DNA from: Geosiphon pyriformis uo1
Lineage: Eukaryota > Fungi > Glomeromycota
Direction of reading: 5' to 3'
Assembly (NCBI GenBank): GCA_016748015.1
Contig: JAAOMT010000436.1
Span: 238,703-302,702 of the forward strand
Length of the DNA: 64,000 bases
Below the pieces are notes generated by a model. That model worked only from the letters and a program-made list of their open reading frames with translations. It ran no database searches and was not told the DNA's origin. Position numbers and translations under genes: made by a program. Below, one piece after another: positions 12,181-26,436 of the stretch. How positions within the stretch are numbered: the stretch's first letter is position 1; each line of letters starts with the position of its first letter.

Positions 12181-15100
12181 CTACACAATTATATTAATTG
12201 AAACCGGATCACCAATACCTGAAAAAAAAGAGCAAGATTTGTGAAAGCCAAAACGGATGCCAAAAACTTCAACAACACCAAGCAGTTTAACCACACCATC
12301 CGAGAATCTCGAAGTTAAACCAGAAATTGAGACAGGAACTGAGCCATCCACCAGAATCAGGCCATTTCTTTCCATGTAAGCACAATGCTTAACATGGACC
12401 AACCAAATATCACTTCTAAAAGCAATACAAATAGAGCATACAAAATCAGCAATTTTAATGCCAGCAACTTTGGGAACATGGAAGACGGAAACAGTCTCCT
12501 GAAGCCATCCTTTGAAAACAAAACCCTTGTAAAGAGTTGAAAACACTAGGAAATCCAAGGCACAGGCCGACAGCAGCTATAAAATGCTTGAAGCAGAGAG
12601 AGAGAGAGACCAAAAAGCATCTTCCAAGAAGACATACAGGATTCCAAAACCCGACAACGAGCCGCATCATCAATAATACAAGAAAACACATGATCAAACA
12701 CCTCCACTTCACCACAATACAGACACAAAACACTAGGGTAACATTTATCATAAACGCATTTTCGAACAGCCATGGGAAGCTGACGGTGCAAGGCCTTCAT
12801 AAAGTAAGTACGAATATCAGCAATGTGCCTGCTGGTGAAACCAGTCGCCATATGCAAATCAGGGTGCCAAACTCTGAAAGAGGCAAGCCAATCGACATCC
12901 AAGCGCAAATCACCAGTTAGGAGTCCAGAACTGGAACCAACCTCCCAGCGCACCTGACAAACAGAACGAAAAACATCACAAACAAAGTGTCTAGAATTGT
13001 CTGAAACAATACCATCATCCACCAACAAAAACTGTTTAGCCACACGAGGAGGGAGAAACCAATCAGAGAGAGCTGCAGCATCAGCGATTCTATTGGCGCA
13101 ATTATTTCCCAACACACCAGAGTGGCTCTTAACTTTGTGTCAGCTAACCTTCAAATTCTTTCTGCGTATAACATTCCTAATATGCTGGCACTCAACCCAA
13201 CACTGATTATGAAAGTCAGGACACACCAAGTCAACTTCTGACTTGCAAGCATCCAAAGCTGTCTGGCTATCCAAAAACAGGCGAACAGAATAATCCACAG
13301 ATACACATTCCAGAGCCAATGCTACAGCCTGCAACTCCACCAAAGTAGATGACATCAGACCCTGAACACAGACACCCAAACCCAAGTCAATGTTCTCAAA
13401 AAAGGCAGCAGCCCCGGCCTTACAACTAGTCGTGCCCAAATTTTTTACCAATCTATCCATATATACAGACAAACTATTAATGCCAACCTGAGAAAGATGA
13501 TCACATACAGATACAAAACCATCAGAACCACAAATGTCCGCAGGGCCAACACCACTCAAGGCCAATGGAGAGGGAGGTGCACCACTAAGAAATGCAACAG
13601 AATGCCCGAACCACTCAGGAACTGGGCCACAAGGATCCAGTTTCTTCCACCACTTAAAGATGTACCAGTTAAAGATATCTTCATAACGATCCCGAAGCTG
13701 ATCCACAAAAGCAATGCCATAATGCCAAAAAGAAAGCAAGTATTTTAAAAACAGAGATTCATCCAGAACAGCAGACATAGGCACCCCATCACAAAACCGA
13801 AAAGAGCTGGTCAAGGAGCCACCTAAAGACAAATTGCATTCAAGAAGAATGCGTATCATACCCGACAAAAAATTATTAGAAATGCTAACACAGATATGAG
13901 CTGGTGAACTCAATAGATGAATGGGGTGTCAGCACAGAACTTGCAAGTCATGAGATCTGTGACTAAACAATTGACCCAGAACCCTGCAGGAGTTCGCAAA
14001 ACTAATAAGTAAAGCAATCTTGCTTTCAGACTGACATTGTAAGAAGGACTTTAGACCATAAAAAGAAGGATGATGGATCATGTCACTAGGAAAATCAAGA
14101 GGAAGACCAGATTTAAGTTTCAAACTCTTGTGAATCAGAGCATCCCACTTGTCACACACACTAATAGGGACAAAGCTGAACTGCATTCTGTAGCTGACTA
14201 TAGGTTGGAGAACTGCCAACACCAGATACAAGAACTGCTTATCTGAAACTGCTTTCTTTAAAACCAAATTACTAAAAAAACGAATGTTTGAATGCACTTT
14301 AGCCAAACTAGGCTTAGAAAGACCATCAGTTGAGAGAAAGATACCAAGATACCGATGAGATTTGCCTTTTTTGGTTACGAAAATGGGTGAACCACTAATA
14401 AAAAGAGACGGATTGCTGATCCTGGCATTAATAGAAATGGCCACAGTTTTGTTGTTATTGATTGAAATGTCATTAATTTGAAAAAATTCACTAGCAACAT
14501 TGAGAATATGTTGAGTAGCAGTCTGACTGCTGCCAACCCAAATCATGTCATCAACAAAGGCCTCAGCAGCGAAAAAAGTAGAAAACCCAGCCTGAGATTC
14601 AGCATGACCACTCCTGGAGACAAAATGGGAATTGAGTCTATATCCGCACATACTCTCCTGACACTTGACTTCACACAAAAGAGGATCGTAAAATATGTGC
14701 CAAAGAAGAGGGAAAAAAACTTCCCCTTGGTCCAACTCATCATGTACACTATAACCATCAGTTAAACTGAAGTCCGTCATAACCCGATTGGTCCGATTTC
14801 TATGAATATTGCCAAAAAAACGAATAAACTTGCCACACATTTTGATCCTGACCAAACACCTCTCGAGATGCTTCCATCCAACAGAGTCGTATGTCTTCTG
14901 CATGTCTTGCAACACCAACCAGAGCTCCCAATTTTTCTCCAAAGCATCCTCCACAACTGAACCAATAGCAAAAATAGGAGTCTGGGTAGTAGTACCCTTC
15001 AAAACTGAAAAATTATCCTCACGAAGAATATTATGAGTACTGCATGCCAATGATATCCTGTCAGAGAGAATCTTAGAGAAGATCTTATGAGCTGTCTCGA

Positions 15101-16862
15101 TCAAGACTATTGGTCAGGTATTTGTGAGAACACTTTCCCACTCGTATGGTTTAGAGATCATTGAAATCCAAGCTTCTCTCCAAAAACCAGGCACAGACTC
15201 ATGAGACAGACAAGAATTCAGAAACACCAAGAGCATATCCAGAACAGACCTATTACTATGCATCCACAACTTATTTGAAATACCTGAAAGACCAGCAGCC
15301 TTGTCAATAGGCAAATCAGAAACCACGCCAAACAATTCCAAAAACTCAATTGGCTGCATAACACCAGAAAAAGCCTCATCAAAAACGTAATCCAACGGCC
15401 GATACTAATGGTGCCACACGTCAGGGACATTGGGAACCACCCTACACTTCCTAGTCCACCCTTTCATGATATCATCCACCCTCGATCTCATAGGACCAGG
15501 TTCCAAAATCAGCTCATCATTTACAACTAAGTGGTCTAAAATGACCTTATGGAAAGGGCACTCCAAGATGCTTCGAATAGTGTGACTCTTGTTTAGTTCA
15601 AAACTTTCCATCCTCTTTTCAATTGCTGACTTGATCTGAAATTCCTCTACGCTCCTCAATTCTGCCATTTTAAGTGAGCGATAAGTTTTTCTGACCTTGA
15701 AGAGAGCTGACTGAACAGTATCAAGAGGAGAACTGGAGAGAAAAAGAGATTTGACCACAGAGGCATTATCATTGTCAAGAGAATCCCAGACATCCAACAG
15801 TAAAATGAATTCGTCACAACAAATTGACCAAAAAGCTTTAACCAGCTTTGAAATCAAAAGTTCTAACTTATGAAATTTAGATGATTTCTTAGTGAAGACA
15901 CTGTCATAGTCCTTAAACCATTTCTTCTTGAACATCTCATCAGCTAAAAAAACCATTATCTTGTGGACAACATCCCATATCGCATCCAAATCTGAAAATC
16001 ACTGGGAGACAATAAAATCATCAGAGAACATGGCAGCATTAGCTGCCGTAACACTCCTGAACTTGTCCCATTTCATGTCATTAGCATCCTTAAAATTAAA
16101 CTTCCAACGATTTCTATTCGCCTGTTTGCGAAGAGAGTTCAACTGTACATCCAGCAAACCACCCAAATTCAAAGACACAAAAACAGCCTAATGATCCATT
16201 TCAAAATATTTACCAGCATCAGAAACACCACAGTGTATAATCGCATTAACCAAATTTGAAGAAACCAAAACATAGTCAATCATTTTTCTAACACCCCTAG
16301 AGTTTGCCCAAGTAGGCATTTTAACAGCTGGGCTTCTGACCAAAGAATTAGCCAAACCCAAATCAAGGCATTTCCTAAAACTTGCACACTTACGAAAATC
16401 ATCTTCATTGAAATCGCCACCAAGAACAGTAAAAGAAGATTCATTGACAGCCTTCGCAATGAGAGAGTTGATTTCACCAGCCTAAGAAAACTGAACTGCC
16501 AAAGAGGCACCAGCATAAAGCCCCAGAATCAATACAGAAAGTTTACCCTTGAAAAGTAATTTAATGGACAGGAGCCGACCAAGCACCTCAGAAATCTTGC
16601 ACACATGATGAGCCAAAGAAACGTCCAAAACAATAGCAACACCCACATCTAAGTGACCAGAGTCCAAACCAGAAGTGAACACTCGAACACCATTGAACTT
16701 ATCTGCAATCCACGGACGAACCTTACTTCTCAATTTCATTTCAGTAATAATAAAGACCATATTGTTCATTTCCTTATGCCATCTAATAATGTCCTTCTGC
16801 TTAGCAGGATTGTTCATGCCCCTGACATTGCACATAGCAACTTTCCAGATCAAACTGCTCAT
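12181..16862 (-). pseudogene. LINE A ORF2 (APE endonuclease, RT, RNase H, C-terminal CCHC)
   Basis: Motifs CNVRGMNN, GGDFNE, IDYV, QDMQKTYDSV, QGEVFFPLLW, AFVDD, VYMD/VELQAVALAL/LDSQ/KVKSHSG and CLYCGEVEVFDHVFSC, with in-frame stops. Confidence 0.9.
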
Positions 16863-18660
16863 TAAGTAAGGGGTAGAGACACCGAATGCACACTAATACT
16901 ATCCACTTTGGCCGAAAGGCCCAAAACCGTTTCCATTAGACACTTTATGCTGTCTTCCAGCTTAGACACCAAAGACATATCAAAAGACACTGCTTCTGTG
17001 ACATTTCCACCACCAGTGGACACACCTGAACCCTCATTTATCACTACATCTGCCTTTTGATCCTGTGATGAAGGGGTCACCAATGGCTGACATCCAGGGC
17101 TAGACTGGGAAACCATTGGCCCGAATACATTCAACCTCATAGCCAGCTTACTAACTTGCTCTGCGAGGCTGGCAAGACTGTGCTCAAGAGTGGCAAACCT
17201 ATTGTCAACTTTCATCATAACCAGTAGGGACAGCTTTATCTCCGAAGAGGAGCCATTATTCACCAAAACATTCTGACTAGAGAGAGAGAGCGAAGAAGAC
17301 CCGCGAGCAACCTTTGCCCAAGAGAGACCACCAAAAGAGACCGGACGGGCAACTGGAGCCAAGCGTTTAGCATAGATGGTTGCCAGCCTGCTTTTATCTA
17401 TATCCGAGAAAACCCTACGCAGCAAATTACCAGAAAGAAATTTCTCATCAACCACACAACTCAATGATGTGTGACCCAATTTCTCACACTTGGCGCATTT
17501 AGCAGAAATGAGGCGAGACCAGTAGAGATTGGTGTTTCTAAGTACTGGCGTGGTTCCCACAGCAGCATCCAATGATTCAGCAGAGTTGAAGCAAACAACA
17601 GTGCATCTGGCCTGAGCATATGTAACAGAATGATGATCAATGACACATGTTTTCCTACCCACAGATCTAACAAAGTCCCAAATATCATGAGCATTAGTTT
17701 CTATTGGTAATGTGTAGAGCAGCACCCTATGTTGGTCCCTTGCATCCCATGTTTTCTTGTCTGAATCAGCCCTAACCACACGTATAGTATCTTTCCCAAT
17801 TAGAATAGACCACTCAACTGCGACCAAATCAGCCTGATTTGATTGCTCAAATTCCATCACCACCTTCTGCCACAGCCCAATTAATTGCATCTTGATCACC
17901 CTAATAACTCCAAACTCGAATAGTGCAGTACGCACAGTCTCAGCCAATGTCCCAATTGAAATTTCTTTAATAACCACAGCCCAATCTGACTGCCCAGAAG
18001 ATTTTTTGAGATCAGTGTTCACTAGGATCTTCACACTCGCAGTCTTATTAATAGCTTTCATTAGACTCGATTCGAAAGTGAATGTCGCTCTGATAATTTC
18101 TAAGAATTTTGAGGGGGTAGATGCCCCCCCAAAACCATTGATTCCAGAAAACAATTTCCTTACCACCACAAGCTTTTTCTGAGAAGATTTGCCAGCCACC
18201 TTATCCAAGCCAATATCCAACGCGAATGACTTCCTGACTGGAACATTGACCAAATTTTTCATAGGAGGAGGGAGCTCAAGAGGAGCATCCAAGAGAACAC
18301 TATCATTATCACTATTTTTTGAGAAATCAATCTTTCCCAATGGCTTGCCCAATGCCTTTTTGGTTTTAACTTTTGAACTTGTGGGTGTTTAATCATAATC
18401 TCCATCAGCCAGAGCACCACCTTCATTATAATCAAAGCTGGTCTCTTCCACCAGACACTCTTCTTTCATATCAACACTTTCAGACTCAGTAGTGTCCCCA
18501 GTTTCTGAACCCCATGAACAAACACCAGGAACTTCAGCAGCAACTCCTTTATTATCGACACTCTCTGCCAATGCACCTCTCTTCCTCTTTTTCTTTGATG
18601 CAACTGCCTTAAAACCACTCTCAGAACCAGAAACTTTAACAGTCTTTTTTATAACAGCAA
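16862..18660 (-). pseudogene. LINE A ORF1 (gag-like, RRM-like region, CCHC knuckle, coiled coil)
   Basis: 496-aa open segment containing CAKCEKLGHTSLSC; its stop overlaps the ORF2 ATG. Confidence 0.88.
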
Positions 18661-19469
18661 TAACAGAGCCAACAGTGGCCTCGTAATTGAAGAATGGTTT
18701 TGATTTATCGTACTGAATGGTAAAAAAAACTTCTTTTGAAAAAACTTTTAACTCTTTTTTGGGAATTTTGGACGAAAAAGAGAAAGAAGTTTTTGCAAGA
18801 ATATTATTATAATTAATTACAATAAAAAATTGGGTTTTAAAACTATATATATATTTGTAAAAATAAGTTTTTTTTTTTAATGTTAAATTAATTAAAGTAT
18901 TTAATCTGAATTTTTAAGAAATTAAAATATAATTTTACATTTATAACTGAATTTATTTAAACAGTTATAAAAAATATAACCAATTTTATTAAAAATTAAT
19001 CTTTTTAATTATAATAAATTTTACAATTTAAATTCAAAAAAAACCAACTTATATTTACATATTATATTAATAAATATTTTTAATAACAAAAAAGCAATTA
19101 ATTTTATTAAAATTTAAAATTTTTATTTTTTAAATTAACAAAAACAATTTTATTATTAAAAATCAAATTAAACTTTGATATTTATAATAGTATTAATATT
19201 TAAAGATTTTTATTAAATATAATTTTTTTGGTAAAATATTAATTTTATAATAATATTATTAAATATTTTTTTGAAGTTAACAATAATAAATAAAAATTTT
19301 AATATTAATTATCAAAAAACCAATTTATTAATTTTAAAGATTTTAAATTAAAAAAATAATTAATTTAGCATTAAAAACATTATAAAAGACAAATTTTTTT
19401 TTAAATAACAAAATAAATTTTAACATTATTTTTGATTATTAAAACTAACTAGCAACCAAAAAAAACTTT

Positions 19470-19882
19470 TTTTTTCTATAATCTAAATTTTTCAAAAAGC
19501 CAATTTTTTAAATAAAAAGTTTTTTGTATTTTGTTTTTCTTTGCTATTTTATTTTTACAATTTTTCAAAACAAACTTTTTTGTTAATATTAATAGTACTA
19601 TATTTAAAAAAAATTAGTTAAAGATGTTGTTTTAAGCTTTATAAGTAACAATCTAATACAAAAACTCAAAATGTTTATTAACAAAATTAAATACTCAAAT
19701 AATAAAACAGATTTGAAGTTTAAAATATTTTTATATAATATTAGTCAGTTTAAAAACATAGATATTATTTTTAATAATACAAAAAAAAACTTAGTTATAC
19801 ATAATATTAATTATAATATTAACAGTAAAAATAAAAAATCTTTAAACTTTTATATTAATATTTTAAAAACAAAGTGATTTAA
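19470..19882 (+). pseudogene. 5' part of an older AT-eroded LINE ORF1 (host of LINE B), continuing at 36929-37215
   Basis: Joined across the LINE B TSD. The continuation translates SIKKFFILNINFLVVKSKLTMTKVQVIRKIFSNMNGF, which aligns to LINE A ORF1 PVRKSFALDIGLDKVAGKSSQKKLVVVRKLFSGINGF. Confidence 0.55.
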
Positions 19883-22800
19883 AAAAAAATATAGCAGTTA
19901 AACTTCTTTCTTTTCTTCGTCCAAAATTTCCAAAAAAGAGTCAAAAGTTTTTTCAAAAGAAGTTTTTTACCATTCAGTATGATAAATCAAAACCATTCTT
20001 TGATTACGAGGCCACTGTTGGCTCTGTTATTGCTGTTATGAAGAAGACTAGTAAAGTTTCTGGTTCTGAGGGTGGTTTCAAGGTGGTTGTGTTGAGAAAA
20101 AAGAAGAAGGGTGGTGTATTGACAGAGAGTGTTGATAATAGAGGGGTTGCTGCTGAAGCTCCTAGTGCTCGTTCATGGAATTCTGAAACAGGTGACACTA
20201 CTAAGTCTGAGAGTATTGACATGAAAGAAGAGTGCTTGGTTGAAGAAACCAGTATTGACTATGGTAAGAGTGGTGCTTTTACAGAAGGGAATCCTAATCA
20301 AATACCAAAGGGTTTATATGTAAAGACCAAAAAGATATTAGGGAAGCCTCTGGATATGATTAATTATGAAACTGTCAATATAGACGATAACATATTAGAC
20401 AATTTCTTTCTTCTTCTGCCTCCTCTATCTGTCAAACCATCCATTCAGGTGCCTGTTCGCAAATCTTTTGCTTTAGATATTGATCTTATGGCCATTGCTG
20501 GAAAATTTTCTCAGAAAAAAGTCAATTTTGGCAGAAAAATTTTTTTAGGTGTAAATGGTTTTGGGGGGCCTCTACTCTTTCAAAATTTGGTGGAATCATC
20601 CAGGCTTCTTTCACTTTTGAAAAGGCAATAATGGCAGCTGCACAATTGGCAAATAATCATGGTGTTGTGGTAAACACTGATCTTAAGCACCCCATCAACA
20701 ATCGTACAAATCGGGCAATTGTGTTGAAAGAAATTCCTATGGGAACTTCCATTGAGGCGGTGCATGCAGCCATTTGTGAATTTGGGTTTATTAAGTCGAT
20801 CAAGATGTAGTTGGTAGATCTATGGCAAAAGGCAATCGTCGAATTGGAGGATCAAAATCAGGCTGATCTCTTGGCGGCTGAGTGGTTCATTCTTATTGGG
20901 AAAGATGCAGTGTGTGTGGCCCAGACCAATATTGACAGACAAATGTGGGATGTCAGGAATGAGTTTAAGGCTTTGCTTTATACTCTCCCCATGAGCATTA
21001 ATGCTCATGATCTTTGAAACTTTATTGGTTTAGTTGATGGGAAAACATGTGTTATCGAATGCAATTCTATCAGTTATGTCTGAGCATGCTGTGCCACTGT
21101 ATGCTTCAATTCTGAGAATAGCCTAATTCAAGCAATGGCAAACACTCCTGTTATAAAAAGTGTTGGTCTCTGATGGTCTCGTTTAACCGCTGCACTGTGT
21201 TCAATTTGCAAAAATTCTGGTCATATTTTTCTCGCTTGTCATACTGCTGGTGTGTTCTCAAGTTCTAAGAGCAAGAGAGCTTCTCTTTCAGCTCAGAATT
21301 AGTTCTGTCTGGTAAAAATATATAAGAAGAAATCTGCCCCTGTTTTTCGTTCTTTGGTATTCAGTGGAAAAACTTGGGCATCTGTGGTTGGTAAACCACT
21401 CCCAATAGTGTCTCTTGGTGATTCAGCTCAGTTTGGTTCCATATTCTATAGTAAACCTCTTCCGACTTTTGATAGTGAATTGGAAGACTGTTTGAAGAAT
21501 ATTGAAAACAGTCTCACTAGCCTTGTGGAACAAATTGGTAAGTTGGCTCAGAGGTTGGATTCACTTGGACCAGTGGTTTCTCAGCCTAGCCCTGGATGTC
21601 AGCCATGGGTGACCTTCCCATCACAGGATCATGTGAAAGATATAGTGATGAAAGAGGGTTCAAGTGGGACCACTAGTGGTAAGGCTGCTTCGAAACCTGA
21701 TTTGTCTGCCTCCCTTGGGGTGAAGAAATTGGAATCCATTCTTGCAAGACTTTTTGCTTCAGTGATGAGCCTCACAACTCATTTGGATGGTTTGAGTTTG
21801 ACTGGTGTTGCGTTTTCTTTATCCTCTTTTCAATGAGCAGTTTTGTGTGGAAAATAGCTACATGCAATATTAGAGAGATGAATAATTCTTCTAAGCAAGC
21901 TGACATTATTCATTGGCATATGAGCATAAACAATATGGTTTCAATAGTTACAGAAATGAAGTTAAAGGGTAGAGTTTGTCTGTGAATTGCTAATAAGTTT
22001 GCTGTGTTAGGGTTTTTATTTCTGGTTTGGATTTAGATTATCTTGGTTCAGGTATGGCTATCATTATGAACATTGCTCTGGCCAAGCATGTATGTAAAGT
22101 CTCCAAAGTCTCTGGTTATCTTATTTCTGTCAGATTACTTTTTAAAAATAAACTCTCAGTTTCTATCTTGAGTCTGTATGCTGATGCATCAGCTTTGGTA
22201 TGCTTCTTTCAGGCCAATGATGTGAATGCTTTAATTGCTAGAGCCATAAATGAATCCTCTTTTTTAATCTTGGAAGGTGACTTCAATGAAGATGGTTTGC
22301 ATAGAAGTGCCAGTTTTAGAAAGTGTGGAAGCTTGGGTCTGGTTAACTCACTTGTCAGTAGTCTGCTTTTAAAGATTCTAACATGGAGTAATTCCTGGGG
22401 TGTGATGAAAACTATTGATTATCTTTTTGTGTCTCCTAATTTGGTTAATGCTATTTTGAATCACAATATTCTGGATGTGGTCAATTTCTTTGATACGGAC
22501 CACCAAGCTGTTTCTGTGTTGGTTGGTTTGGGTGGTCTCTTGAACACTCATTTGTGTTTTATTTGCAAACAGGCCAATAAGGATCATTGGAAATACAATT
22601 ATAATAATACTGGTGGTGCTTTGTGGTCAAAGTTTAAGGAAGAAACAACAGCTAATGCTGTCATGTTCTTTGATGAGTTCTTGGATGCCAAAAGGCATTT
22701 AGATCTGAATGCTATGTGGGATGCTATTCATAAAACCTTGTGTTTTTCAGTGAATGTGGTTTTCAAAAAAAAATGGTTTAAGGAATATGATGGTGTTTTT

Positions 22801-25055
22801 ACCAAGATCTCGTTCAGGTTTCATAGATTGGAGCTCTTGGTGTCTAAATTGGTTAAAGCTTCCCGGTTGATCAATTGTAATGAGTTTACTTTACTACTGA
22901 ATACTTGGATTTGGCTTGACTCAGTTAATGCTTTGTTGGTGAAGTCTTTGTTTTTCTCTGATTTTTCATTGAATGATATATGGTCTGTTCTTTTCAAAAT
23001 CAAGAAATCTTATCATGCTGCTAAGTTATTAGATTTGAAATGTGCTGAGGACTCTTGCATTAAGTCTGCAATTAATAGGAGGATGGAAACCTTCAAGTTT
23101 GGCAAGGGTCACACTATCAAGAGTGTCTTGGAACATCCCTTCTGCAAAGTCATTTTGGATTATTTGGTGGTGGGTGAGGAGTTGTTCTTGGAGCCTAATC
23201 AAGTTAAAAATAAAGTGAATGAGATAATGGAGGGTTGGACACAGAAGTGAGGTGTGGTTTCTGATATGCCTGAGGATTGGTCTCATCAGTATTAGCCTCT
23301 GGAACATGTTTTTGATGGTCTTTGCTAATGTTATGGACTGTATTAATTTTGTTGAATTATTTAGTGTGGTCTCAAATCTGCCTAATAAGAAGGCTGCTGG
23401 CCTCTCAGGCATCTCCAACAAACTCTGAAAGCATTGTGACAGTTCAGTTCTCGATATGCTCTTGGTGTTCATCAACTCTTGTCTTTCTTATGAATCTGTT
23501 CCTGGTGCTTGGGTGTCGATGATTCCTAAGCCTTATGAATAGGAGGGTGTGCTCACTAACACTTGTCCTATTGCTCTGATTGAAACAGCTCGCAAAATTC
23601 TTTCTAAGATTCTTTCTGACAGGATTTCATTTGCATGCAGCAAGCATGATGTTCTTCATGGTGACAATTTTTCGGTACTAAAAGACACTACAACTCAGTC
23701 CACCATTTTCACAATTGGTTCAGTAATCGAGGATGCTATAGAGAAGAACCATGAGCTATGGCTGGTTTTGCAAAACATGCAAAAAGCTTATGATTCTGTT
23801 GGTTGGGACCATCTTAAGAATAGTCTGGTTAGGATCAAAATGTGTAGCAAGTTTATTTGGTTTTTTGGGAGTATTCATGGTGGTCGGACCAACTGGGTTA
23901 TGACCAATTTCGGGTTGACAAGTGGTTATCATGTGCATGATGATTTGGACCAAGGGGAGGTTTTTTTACCTTTCCTTTGGCAAATATTTTATGATCCTTT
24001 TTTGTGCAAAGTTAAAAGACAGGAGAGTGTGTATGAATACCAGTTGAATTCTTATTTTGTTTCTAAGACTGGTTGTATAGAATTTCAAGCTAGATTAACT
24101 TTTTTTCTTGCTACTGGCACTTTTGTGGATGATACAATTTGGATCAGTAGTAGTTAGGTGGCAACACAACACATTCTAAATGTTGCTAGCAAATTTTTCA
24201 GAATTAATAACATTTTAATTAACAATGACAAGACCATGGTTATTCCTATCAACTGCCGGGTTGTGAATCCCTCTCTTTTGATAAGTGGGTCACCTATTTC
24301 TGTAGCCATTAAGAGGGAATCTCATCAGTATTTGGATATCTTTTTGTCCACTGAGGGCTTTTCTAAATCCAGTCTGGCCAAAGCTCACTTGAACGTCAAG
24401 TTTTTTACTAATCTTGTGTTAAAAAAAGCCATTTTTAATAAGCAATTTTTATATTTGGTGTCTTTGGTTCTTCACCCTATTGTAAATTACAGAACTCAAT
24501 TCAGCTTTGTTTCTTCTAATATGTGCAACAAATGGAATACTATGATTTGTAGGGGTTTGAAATCGAAATCTGGTCTGCCTTTAGATTTTCCCAATGATGT
24601 GCTGCATCACCCCTCATTTTATGGCTTGAAAACCTTTGAGCAGATCCAGGCTGAACACAAAGTGGCATCTGTTATTTGTTTTGTGAATTTGGTTGGTATC
24701 TTGGGTCGTTTGTTTGCTCATAGATCTCATGACTTACAAGTTTTGTGTTGGCATCCAATTCACCCTTTGTGTGTCCTTGCTCATATTGGTGTTGGTGTTT
24801 GCGATAATTATTTAGCAGACTTGGTTCGTATTTTTCATGATTATAATCTTTAAAGCCAATGCTTTTCATCTTTGGAATGGAATCCCTATGGTGTCTGTTC
24901 TTGGTGAGTCTAAATTTGTCAGGTGTCTTCTGTCTTTTTGGCATTATAGTATTGTTTTTGTGGACCAGCTTCGGGACTGTAGGGGAGTGAATTTTACTTG
25001 GGCAATATTTAAATGTTGGAAGAGGTTGGATCCATATGGGCCAGTTCCTGTCTGG

Positions 25056-25670
25056 TGTTACGAGATGGTTTTCTTGTTATATTTAATTGCTGATATTCCG
25101 TTTTAATTACGATCAGTTTTTCATGAGTTCCTCAATTCTATTTGTGTGATAATATCACTGTTACACTGAAGGCTTTCTTTTTACTGTTGCGATGTAAGTT
25201 ATTCTTCGATTGTTGTGTGTGTTTATGTACTCCTTCTTAGAGGCTGAACTAAAATCTACTCACTGTCTGAGGTCTTCTCTGAGGCTATTTTTGCAATTGC
25301 CTGATGTGTTTCTCTAATCTAGAAACACAGAATGTTAATGGTCTTTAGCACTTTTCTAATTCTTACAATAAAGCTTTTATCAATTAGTAACAACGTGAAT
25401 AATCTTGATCAAGGATTATTCTTCCAAGGGATTCAGTTGATGAATGATAGTTTCATTCAATAAATAATACAAGTAAGTTTCTTAATACTTTGGGTTGTGA
25501 TAATTCAGTTTTAAATATTCTTTTTCATTTCTTTTTGATTTTAAAGGTTTCTTGGGATATTTAATTTGAAAGNNNNNNNNNNNNNNNNNNNNTTATTATT
25601 GTGCTATATTATGATTGAATAGTTTGTATTATTTTTATGATTCTTTTTGCTAAATTCTTAAACTGTAACA
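25056..25670 (-). repeat. Gypsy-1 3' LTR (contains assembly gap 25573-25592)
   Basis: TGTTAC...GTAACA ends and near-identical to 34496-35353. The 20 Ns stand in for roughly 260 bp. Confidence 0.95.
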
Positions 25671-25683
25671 TTATCCCCTCCTT

Positions 25684-26352
25684 TCAAGATTGAGCTCCGT
25701 CGAAATCGAAGTTAATTTCTTCATTAAATTTTAAGTTACTATAGTGGTTCAATACTGTGTTATTAATTTGTTGTTGTAATTCTTGAAATTGTGAGTTGGT
25801 AAGTCATCCAATACTGTTGGTTGTTATTATGTTCATGGTTGGGTCCAACAATAATTTGTGACAGTTTTTAAATGCTTTGAAAATTCTGTAAACTGTTTTT
25901 GAATGGAATGTAGTGTTGGTTTTTCCAATAAAAGGTTCTAATAGTTAGATAGTTGTTTTGTCAAACACTCTAGTTAAGTCTTTTGAGTATAATGTTTGTA
26001 TGTTCAAATGCTTTCCTAGTTGATAATAACAGTAATTAATTAGAAATTTCGTTTTCAAGTTGCTAAATATGTCTGGTGTTAATTCATTTATTTCTATTTC
26101 TTCCATTATTAATGTATTGCCCAATGCTATCTCTAATTTTTCAATAACTTTGCTAATAAATTTGTTGTTATATTTGGCAATATTATATGGTTCGAAATTA
26201 TGTTCTTTTCTTGTTTTTGGATTTTCTATTGTTTTTTTTATGTATGTTATTTTGGAGCTATTAACTGTGATTTCTAGATCGAATTTTAATTATTGTAAGT
26301 TTTCAACTAATTGTTGAGTTATATTGTTGATGTTTTCTGGAATAAGTATCAT
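25684..26352 (-). pseudogene. Gypsy-1 ORF3 (223 codons, 3 in-frame stops), unknown function
   Basis: MILIPENINNIT...NYCYYQLGKHLNIQTLY...VYRIFKAF...IG*LTNSQFQELQQQI...DFDGAQS*; homologous to 39146-39874 and 59308-59964. Confidence 0.8.
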
Positions 26353-26436
26353 TGTTTTAATTTTGACTGCTATTTTGGAATTTTTTGCATGCGTTTTTAT
26401 GGTTGTTAAATCATTTTTGCTGTGATCTAAAATTAA

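Larger units (their letters stand above)
12048..18795 (-). mobile_element. LINE A: full-length non-LTR retrotransposon (ORF1 + APE-RT-RNaseH-CCHC ORF2), degenerate
   Basis: The 5' end matches LINE B at 19900, and the 3' UTR and A-rich tail match B and C. Weak candidate TSD TTATTATAATT (12037-12047 / 18804-18814) in AT-rich context. Confidence 0.92.

Noticed and set aside
12537-18686. Many short + strand ORFs (and similar antisense ORFs across the TE block)
   Set aside because: They are antisense shadows of retroelement coding sequence with no motifs.
25573-25592. Real deletion in the Gypsy-1 3' LTR
   Set aside because: The length difference coincides with an N gap.
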